From: Minisyncoccota bacterium
GTDB taxonomy: Bacteria; Patescibacteriota; Minisyncoccia; Phycocordibacterales; CSBR16-193
Direction of reading: 5' to 3'
Assembly: GCA_040905715.1 (NCBI GenBank)
Contig: JBBDRA010000003.1
Span: forward strand, 395,095-459,094
DNA: 64,000 bases
The notes below the pieces were generated by a model. That model made no database searches. It was not told where the DNA came from and saw nothing but the letters and a program-made list of their open reading frames with translations. Made by a program: the position numbers and the translations under genes. Shown piece after piece: positions 30,037-37,051 of the stretch (the first letter of the stretch is position 1; the number at the start of each line of letters is the position of its first letter).

Positions 30037-30542
30037 ACAAACCGATACGGTTTATCCGCCCAATCCCCCGCATAGGCGACGCCTATCCGCGGGGTTTTTT
30101 CTATTTTATTTTCAGGGATAATTATCCCACTATCCTCAAACCACACGCCGGTATCAGGTATCGAAGGTAATCCATGTATTGATCTATCTATACCAAGATC
30201 TCTGGTTAACTTACCTGGACCGTTAAAACCTTCTACACCACGAATAAGCACCGCGGAGGGATACCCCCTCTCCCCCGTCACTATATTGAGCATATGGTAC
30301 ATTCCATACACGAGATACACATAAAACACACCGCCCTCCCTATACATTACTTCTGTACGAGCAGTTCTGCCCTTTGAGGCATGGCACGCAAGATCATTTT
30401 GCCCGTCATACGCCTCCACCTCGGTTATACAATACCGTTCAACACCATCCTCCCTTGCTAGCACAAGGTACTGACCTAGTAGTTCCGGAGCAACTTTCAA
30501 AACAGGGCGTTGAAACCATTCTTTCGATAGGATTGTACTCAT
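30000..30542 (-). CDS. 3-methyladenine DNA glycosylase (MPG/AAG family)
   Basis: ITEVEAY.G..D.ACHA, YVYLVYG, AVLIRG, GPGKL and PRIGV motifs. Confidence 0.93.
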   Translation of the reverse strand: MSTILSKEWFQRPVLKVAPELLGQYLVLAREDGVERYCITEVEAYDGQNDLACHASKGRTARTEVMYREGGVFYVYLVYGMYHMLNIVTGERGYPSAVLIRGVEGFNGPGKLTRDLGIDRSIHGLPSIPDTGVWFEDSGIIIPENKIEKTPRIGVAYAGDWADKPYRFVYPGNKPERSSS

Positions 30543-30559
30543 GGAAAAACAGGTAATAA

Positions 30560-30587
30560 TTGACATTTAGTCAAAAAAGATTATAAT
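30560..30587 (+). promoter_or_regulatory. Consensus sigma70 promoter of structured RNA 1
   Basis: TTGACA-16 nt-TATAAT. Confidence 0.75.
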
Positions 30588-30592
30588 AGCTG

Positions 30593-30872
30593 ATGGAGTC
30601 GACGAGAAAGACATGCTGGAATAGAGATTGCGTATCAGTCTCTACATCTGAAGGGATTCCAGCCCAAGGCAAATGTTCTTTGGTCATTCGTGATCCAGCA
30701 AGTTAACGGCGCAGCATACGCGTCTATAATCGCAGTGAGATATGCTTGAATCATACATGGACTTGCTCGGAAACTCGGATGCCCGAAAAGGAGCCTGTCA
30801 TGGACTTCTAAAGAAACATGACTAGCGACTACGCCCCGGATAAGACAACATCTTATCCGGGGCAATTTTTTT
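30593..30872 (+). ncRNA. Candidate structured RNA 1 (TrmB-associated)
   Basis: Bounded by a promoter and terminator, multi-stem, shares motifs with 31768-32014. Confidence 0.6.
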
Positions 30873-30876
30873 AAAA

Positions 30877-31650
30877 TTATTCCTCCTCACCTGCTGCACT
30901 TTTTTTCTTTGTATCGTACACAAAATTAATAAGGCTGCGTATAGTTTCCGCAAACTCAGGGCTTTGAATATACACGCCCGACACAGTATCCCCTAGAATA
31001 CTCACTCTTACCTTATCTCCAAAAACCCCCACGTCACATTGAATCGGATACTTTGAAGCATCAAGCCAAACAGCTTCACTTTTTTCTTGCTTAGGTAAAA
31101 CATTCTTTTCTTTGGATGTATAAACAGCTCGAGCGGAGACGCCGCGGTCGAGGCGTATTTGCCGGTAACGATCTCTCTCTTGCTTCGTAAACTTTTCCTG
31201 CAACATATCAAATGGGAAAAGAATATGAAGCATCTTGTCCTCCGACTCTGACCGACTAAACTCATCGAGAATACTAAGGACTCCCTCGTGTCCTTCATAA
31301 TATTTCACAACAGGTCGCTCTCCTGTTCCGCGTTGCATACTTCTTAGTTGCGGAATAACATCACTTTTCAGCTCTTTTGACTGTTCGTTGAGCTCCTGTT
31401 TCCGACGCTCCACGTATGTCTCAAGCCGCTCCGGTGACTCTGCTTGAAACTGTGTCCGCTTCCCTACCGTCGTCTCACTTACTAGCCCCTTCTCTGCCAG
31501 CGACTCTATGATCACATAGACAGTCGGACGCTTAATATCTGTCGTACGGGACAACTCTGTCGCCGACGCAGAATCAACTTGCAATAAAGCCAAATACACT
31601 TTGGCTTCTTTTTCGCTCATTCCCAGATTTTGGAGGTTTTTTTCCAACAT
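30877..31650 (-). CDS. TrmB-family transcriptional regulator
   Basis: LGMSEKEAKVYLALL...RPTVY..L.EKGLV wHTH, coiled coil, VKYYEG.EG effector domain. Confidence 0.9.
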   Translation of the reverse strand: MLEKNLQNLGMSEKEAKVYLALLQVDSASATELSRTTDIKRPTVYVIIESLAEKGLVSETTVGKRTQFQAESPERLETYVERRKQELNEQSKELKSDVIPQLRSMQRGTGERPVVKYYEGHEGVLSILDEFSRSESEDKMLHILFPFDMLQEKFTKQERDRYRQIRLDRGVSARAVYTSKEKNVLPKQEKSEAVWLDASKYPIQCDVGVFGDKVRVSILGDTVSGVYIQSPEFAETIRSLINFVYDTKKKSAAGEEE

Positions 31651-31767
31651 ATTTCCTAAAAATAGCGTCTATTTCATGTGTTTACTATACCATAGTTATG
31701 CTACTTTTTACAAGAATTGTTGTATGACAAAAATTGCATTTAGTGACAATTTGTGATAATATAAAAA

Positions 31768-32014
31768 ATGGAGGTTCGATGAAAGACAGGGCAAAAACAC
31801 GGGGTTTTTGCCTAGGTGTGGAGGACTGTCCATTGTGTTGATGGAACAAAAGTAGTTTCCTCTACATGCTGCCTTTCATTGTAGGTTCTTTCATGGGTAT
31901 TAGCCCAGCGCTCAGCTGATCTGGGACACCGCCCGAGAAAGGAGCGAAAGAGGCATGGATGTATAACATCCCCGAACAAGGCCCGGCGAATCTAATTCGC
32001 CGGGCCATTTATTT
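31768..32014 (+). ncRNA. Candidate structured RNA 2 (TrmB-associated)
   Basis: TTGCAT-17-TAATAT promoter, terminator 31980-32006, same architecture as RNA 1. Confidence 0.6.
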
Positions 32015-32043
32015 GTTTCTACCTTGTACTCTGACTTTTATAC

Positions 32044-32817
32044 TTATGCGTTTTCCTCACTTTCTTTTTTACTTTTCTTATATTCAAATGCCAAATTAAA
32101 AAGTGTGCCGAGCGTTTCTGCTATGTCTTTACTATGTATAACTATGCCGGTTATATCACCGCCGAGCGTATTAATACGAACTCGATCTTTATAAATACCA
32201 ATATCGCAACTAATTGGATACTCCTGACCTTCAATACGATATTGATTTACCATTTTATCTGATGGCAACTCCGCACCACTGTATACATACAGAGCTTTTG
32301 AACTCGCACCATTTTTTAATCGTAAATGTCTAAAGTCGTCTAGTTCGTGCTCGGAGAAACGACTTTCAACCAGATCTTTATCATAAACGGTATAGGCAGG
32401 TCCTTCAGTTTTTTCACCACCTTGATACTCCTCTTGTATTGCACTTAGAGCACCTTTCTTTCCGGTATAATACTTCACAACAGGCTTCTCCCCTTCACTC
32501 AACTCAATACTCTTAAGCTTAGGGATTAAATCATGAGTTAGTGATTCCTCATGATTTTTTAAACTTCGGATTCGCTGAGAGAGATATACCTCCAATCGCT
32601 CCGGTGACTCCGCCTGATAATGCGTTCGTTTTCCGACTGTTGTTTCACTTACTACCCCTTTCTCTGCAAGTCCTTCAATTGTTGAATAAACAGTCGGGCG
32701 CTTAATTCCGGTTGCTCGAGCTATTTCAGTGGCAGAAGCGTTATTAACTTTTAACAACATTACATAAACTGTCGCTTCTTTTGCTGTAAATCCTATTTTT
32801 TTTAGATAGTCTTCCAT
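32044..32817 (-). CDS. TrmB-family transcriptional regulator (paralog)
   Basis: Shares IKRPTVY, VSETTVGKRT, AESPERLE, PVVKYY and YPI.CD.G with 30877-31650. Confidence 0.9.
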   Translation of the reverse strand: MEDYLKKIGFTAKEATVYVMLLKVNNASATEIARATGIKRPTVYSTIEGLAEKGVVSETTVGKRTHYQAESPERLEVYLSQRIRSLKNHEESLTHDLIPKLKSIELSEGEKPVVKYYTGKKGALSAIQEEYQGGEKTEGPAYTVYDKDLVESRFSEHELDDFRHLRLKNGASSKALYVYSGAELPSDKMVNQYRIEGQEYPISCDIGIYKDRVRINTLGGDITGIVIHSKDIAETLGTLFNLAFEYKKSKKESEENA

Positions 32818-33060
32818 AAAAATCAAAACTCCCGCGTTTATGTTATTGGTAATTCCTACTTACCTAGTTATGACACTTAAAAACCAAAAGTGTTACAAAA
32901 AAGTACATTATATTTTTCATAGTGTCCGATAGAATAATCAGAAAAGCGCTTTGACAAACAGTAGTCAGTCGCAAAAAATGAATTTTGACAATTCAAATAA
33001 ATTGAGTATAATTTCTAAATCGTGTTCTTTTGTTTTGAAACCACCAGTGAAGGTTAACGC

Positions 33061-33393
33061 ATGTTGAAGATATCAGTACTTACCGTTTCGATTTTAGCCC
33101 TAATCACTCTTGGCACAGGAGGATGTGCCAGCGTCACAGACGTGCAAAGCGTCCAAGGTAACCGTTGGATGCATGAGTTGGAAGGTGAACTTCTGGCAAA
33201 GCGCTACATGAGCGATTACGACCAAACGTTCGCTTACATCAGACGGCAGGTCGACGATCAGGACATCGTTGAGGCATGGACAGCAAATCCATACGACATG
33301 GAGGGGCCGTACAAGGTGGCGCAGATGCTGTACAGCCAGTACGACATCGAGAAAATGGACATCCTGGTGAACATGAACCTGAGTAACAAGTGA
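33061..33393 (+). CDS. Putative lipoprotein (ORFan)
   Basis: Signal peptide ending at Cys (LGTGGC), TTGACA-16-TATAAT promoter, terminator 33418-33450. Confidence 0.65.
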   Translation: MLKISVLTVSILALITLGTGGCASVTDVQSVQGNRWMHELEGELLAKRYMSDYDQTFAYIRRQVDDQDIVEAWTANPYDMEGPYKVAQMLYSQYDIEKMDILVNMNLSNK

Positions 33394-33516
33394 AGCAGAG
33401 ACCGGCGATCTCTGTCCGGCACGCATAGCAATATGCGTGCTGATTTTTTTACATAAAGATCTACCTTATCGGTAAGCTAAAAATTTTATGAGCCTATAAG
33501 AATCGGTGGAGCTCAC

Positions 33517-33549
33517 AACAAAAGCCGGAACGCATTCGCGTATCCGGCT
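33517..33549 (-). terminator. Intrinsic terminator, probably the displaced terminator of tRNA-Glu
   Basis: AGCCGGATACGCGAATGCGTTCCGGCTTTTGTT on the minus strand, just outside the left att core. Confidence 0.65.
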
Positions 33550-33613
33550 GGCTGATTTGTGATGATGTACTAGCCTTTGCTCGAACCCATTTCGAGGAAA
33601 GACTAGTACATCA

Positions 33614-33744
33614 TCACAAAAAGAAACTTCCTCGGCGCAAAGCGCCAACTCGCGCCTACGGCGCGGAATGTGGGGAGCCAAAATACCACGTCGCTTCGCG
33701 ACGAATTGGGACGGGACGGGCGCGCCGAAGCGCGCGGATTTGTC
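33614..33744. repeat. Left arm of a perfect 131-bp inverted repeat
   Basis: Exact reverse complement of 35160-35290, checked base by base. Confidence 0.97.
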
Positions 33745-33770
33745 TTTGTTTCGTATCTAAAAACTTTTAT

Positions 33771-35348
33771 ATGATCAAACCAAAATATTTTCTATACGCT
33801 CGCAAGAGCACTGAAGATGATGATAAGCAGGTGATGTCTATCGAGGCACAGTTGTTTGAGCTTCGTGAATTTGCGCGTAAAGAAAATCTTGAAATCCTAA
33901 CGGAGTTTCAAGAGTCGAAAAGCGCAAAGACTCCTGGACGTGAGCAGTTTGCGGAAATGATGACGCGCATTGAAGCGGGAGAAGCACAGGGTATTCTCTC
34001 GTGGCACCCAGACCGTTTAGCCAGAAATAGTATCGATGGAGGGCGCGTCATTTATGCTGTCGATACTTCCAAGATATCGTCTTTGCGCTTTCCGACATTT
34101 TGGTTTGAACCCACCCCGCAAGGGCTCTTTATGTTGCAAGTGGCGTTCGGACAATCGAAATATTATTCAGACAATCTGACGCAGAATGTGAAGCGCGGGA
34201 TGCGCCAAAAAGTTCGGCGAGGCGAGTGGCTCACCAAAGCTCCCTTTGGCTATGTGAACAATCCACGTACGAGAAATATCGAACCGCATCCAGTTCATAG
34301 CAAGATCATTGTGAAAGCGTTTGAGGAATACGCCAAAGGTGAGCATGGATTGGTTTCGCTCGCCGACTTTTTGGCGCTGCATGGAGTAACTACCCAGAAA
34401 GGAACGCCACTTGGCAAAGCTTCCATCAAACGAATGCTGACGAACCGAGCATATCTTGGATTTGTCCGTCATCATGGCGAATGGTTTGACGGAAGCTTTG
34501 CGCCAATTATTTCCCCGAAATTGTTTGAAGCCGTACAAAAAGTATTGTCGGCAAGAGAACGTCCTCGCAAGCGGAAAGTGAAGCATGACTTTCCCTTTGT
34601 TGGTATTTTTGAGTGCGGTGAGTGTGGGAGCATGTTCACGGCACAGTGGGCTACGGGCAAGTGCGGAGGAAAGTATCGGTATTATCGTTGTACCAAAAAG
34701 AAAGGGTCATGCTCCCAAGGATATGTGCGTGAGGACGTTCTCGCCGACCAAGTAAAGGAACAGCTTCAAACAATTTCGATTTGCGATGCATACACTGATT
34801 ATATGCTCGACAAAGTCGAGGAAATGGAGAAAACAGAAAATACTGCATCGCAAAGCGGTGTCCAAAATCTTTCCGATAGAATCAAAGCCAGTGAGGCACG
34901 CATGGATAAGCTAGTCGGTGCATATCTTGATGGCGACATTCCGCGAGACATCTACACCAAGAAAAAAGACGAGATCATGCGTGCCACCCTTGCTTTGAAA
35001 GAGGAAAAGAAAGATTTTGCACACCAAGGAAATAATTGGGTCGAACCCCTGCGGGAGTGGATTTTAGATACGAAACAAGCCACCTTTTTATCCTCATCCG
35101 ACAATTTCCCTGAAATTGCCTCCTTCGTCAAAAAAGTTGGAACGAACCCCTTGGTTCGTGACAAATCCGCGCGCTTCGGCGCGCCCGTCCCGTCCCAATT
35201 CGTCGCGAAGCGACGTGGTATTTTGGCTCCCCACATTCCGCGCCGTAGGCGCGAGTTGGCGCTTTGCGCCGAGGAAGTTTCTTTTTGTGACCCTACGGGG
35301 AATCGAACCCCGGTTTCATCCGTGAGAGGGATGTGTCCTAGCCGCTAG
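33771..35348 (+). CDS. Large serine recombinase (resolvase + recombinase + Zn ribbon + coiled coil)
   Basis: YARKS catalytic Ser, DRLARN, APFGY, CGECG..YYRC; the last ~20 codons are antisense to tRNA-Glu. Confidence 0.95.
   Translation: MIKPKYFLYARKSTEDDDKQVMSIEAQLFELREFARKENLEILTEFQESKSAKTPGREQFAEMMTRIEAGEAQGILSWHPDRLARNSIDGGRVIYAVDTSKISSLRFPTFWFEPTPQGLFMLQVAFGQSKYYSDNLTQNVKRGMRQKVRRGEWLTKAPFGYVNNPRTRNIEPHPVHSKIIVKAFEEYAKGEHGLVSLADFLALHGVTTQKGTPLGKASIKRMLTNRAYLGFVRHHGEWFDGSFAPIISPKLFEAVQKVLSARERPRKRKVKHDFPFVGIFECGECGSMFTAQWATGKCGGKYRYYRCTKKKGSCSQGYVREDVLADQVKEQLQTISICDAYTDYMLDKVEEMEKTENTASQSGVQNLSDRIKASEARMDKLVGAYLDGDIPRDIYTKKKDEIMRATLALKEEKKDFAHQGNNWVEPLREWILDTKQATFLSSSDNFPEIASFVKKVGTNPLVRDKSARFGAPVPSQFVAKRRGILAPHIPRRRRELALCAEEVSFCDPTGNRTPVSSVRGMCPSR
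35160..35290. repeat. Right arm of the 131-bp inverted repeat, inside the recombinase ORF
   Basis: Exact reverse complement of 33614-33744. Confidence 0.97.
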
Positions 35349-35359
35349 ACGATAGGGTC
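35288..35359 (-). tRNA. tRNA-Glu(CTC)
   Basis: Acceptor GACCCTA/TAGGGTC, anticodon arm CATCC-CTCTCAC-GGATG, GGTTCGATTCC; CCA not encoded. Confidence 0.95.
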
Positions 35360-35644
35360 AGTGTTTGTATTGTATCAGAACCTTGCGGGTTCGATTCCAA
35401 AGGAATCGGTCACACTAATTTAAGGCTTAAAATGAGGCCCACGTATGAAAAAATATAACACACAACACTCGTGCCATCAACACTCTCCTAAGCATACCCC
35501 GTGCGATTCAGAACAGTCCAGACTCTACGTTATACTTTGTCCCAACTTGATCATACTTAATCACCCTAATCCCAAAGGTTACAGCAAGAGTGTTTGGAAA
35601 GTAATTAGGCGTATTCCTCCTTCAATCACCCCTCATCGATGACT

Positions 35645-35706
35645 TTTCTATGTAGTCTTCTCAGGTGGTTGGGCTTGGGTCTGGGCCTGAGAAGACTACA
35701 TGGAAA
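35645..35706. terminator. Long (~21-bp stem) hairpin downstream of murF
   Basis: TTTCTATGTAGTCTTCTCAGG...CCTGAGAAGACTACATGGAAA. Confidence 0.5.
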
Positions 35707-35713
35707 GGCATCT

Positions 35714-37015
35714 TTACTCACCCTTCCACTCACTTCCCTGCCTGACCAAGAGCTCATCGGCTCTCATCGGTTCTGCCATTACCTCTTCGACCACTTTTTC
35801 ACATCGTACCGCTTGAGAACCCTTCACAAGTACCACGTCACCCGCTTCCAGAACCTTCTCAAGCTCTTTTCCCGCCTTTTGAGCATCATCAAAGGAAAAC
35901 ACCTTGCTCTCGCTCATGCCTGCGCTTAGTGCTCCTTCAGCGATTGCGCGCGCATCGACACCTACGGTAAACAGAGTATCGCAAAAACTTGCTGCTTGTT
36001 CTCCAACATTCATATGCGCTGTCTTAGAATGCTCTCCCAGCTCGCGCATGTCACCAAGCACAGCTATTCGATGGTTTGGAACCCGTATCTCCTTGAGTAC
36101 ACTCAACGCTTCCTGAACCGCGACCGGCGAAGCATTATACGAATCGTCGATTATAAGTGAATTTTTTATCCCACGCAAAAGATTCATTCTCCCTTGTGGA
36201 GGAGCGTGTTTGGCCAGCGCCTGTGCGATTGTGATCAGATTCATTTGCTGACTGACACCGACCGCAACCGCAGCAAGCACCGGATAGATGTGCTGAAGAC
36301 CGAGCACTCCCTGAAGCATAACCGGCACTGAGCTGCCGTTTGTATTTGCTTTTACACTAACACCAGCGGGCATCTCTATCTTTTCCTGGCTCTGATACAC
36401 CACCGACTCATGAGACGCAAAAACATGCGCTTGGCTGTGAAAACCGTAATATAAAACACTGCCATTCGCATGACGAGCAAAGTCCCGAACATCACTATCG
36501 TCATAGTTAAGTATTGCTACACCCTCCTTTTTCACGGCCCGGATAAGCTGGCTTTTTTCCTCGATCAGCTGTTCTCGTGAACGAAAGAATTCAATATGAA
36601 CCGGCGTCTCACTGAGGCGTGTGACGATAGCTATATCTGGTTTGAGCCAGCGGGTAATTGAGCGAATATCTCCGGGCCGATCTGCTCCCACTTCAAGAAC
36701 AAGCCATTCAGGATATGAGCCCGGAAACACGATCATCGTTGCCCCTTTGAAGATGGTTACGATCCAATGCAGTGGATTGCTCCAGCCACTAGAGCGACCA
36801 ATGATCGTGAGTGGAACACCGATCTCGCTGTTATAACTTTTTTGACTTTTGCGGATGGTATATGTTGCCGAAAGAACTGTTGCAACAGCATCTTTGGTTG
36901 ATGTTTTACCTACACTTCCGGTAACCGCTACGATCCGCGGCTGAAAACGGCGAAGAATAGCACGGGCTTCCCAGGTTATGATCTTTATAATAATACGTTT
37001 GAGTATTTGTTTCAT
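35714..37015 (-). CDS. murF: UDP-MurNAc-tripeptide--D-Ala-D-Ala ligase
   Basis: VTGSVGKTSTK, NSEIGVP, DDSYNASP, LGDMRELG and LVKGS motifs. Confidence 0.95.
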   Translation of the reverse strand: MKQILKRIIIKIITWEARAILRRFQPRIVAVTGSVGKTSTKDAVATVLSATYTIRKSQKSYNSEIGVPLTIIGRSSGWSNPLHWIVTIFKGATMIVFPGSYPEWLVLEVGADRPGDIRSITRWLKPDIAIVTRLSETPVHIEFFRSREQLIEEKSQLIRAVKKEGVAILNYDDSDVRDFARHANGSVLYYGFHSQAHVFASHESVVYQSQEKIEMPAGVSVKANTNGSSVPVMLQGVLGLQHIYPVLAAVAVGVSQQMNLITIAQALAKHAPPQGRMNLLRGIKNSLIIDDSYNASPVAVQEALSVLKEIRVPNHRIAVLGDMRELGEHSKTAHMNVGEQAASFCDTLFTVGVDARAIAEGALSAGMSESKVFSFDDAQKAGKELEKVLEAGDVVLVKGSQAVRCEKVVEEVMAEPMRADELLVRQGSEWKGE

Positions 37016-37051
37016 AGTGCAGAATAGTAAAGCGAAGTTGTAAGGATAGAG

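Larger units (their letters stand above)
33556..35290 (+). mobile_element. Minimal recombinase-only integrative element at the tRNA-Glu 3' end
   Basis: TTTGTGA direct-repeat cores at 33556-33562 and 35284-35290, single serine recombinase gene, 131-bp inverted repeats. Confidence 0.75.

Noticed and set aside
30635-30865. 76-aa minus-strand ORF in the RNA 1 region
   Set aside because: Starts inside the terminator hairpin, has no counterpart in RNA 2, and the promoter points the other way
33466-33681. Minus-strand ORF identical to the recombinase C-terminal peptide
   Set aside because: A consequence of the inverted repeat, not an independent gene; treated under the inversion hypothesis
35386-35410. 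GGTTCGATTCC T-loop-like motif
   Set aside because: No acceptor, D or anticodon arms; it is part of a short hairpin
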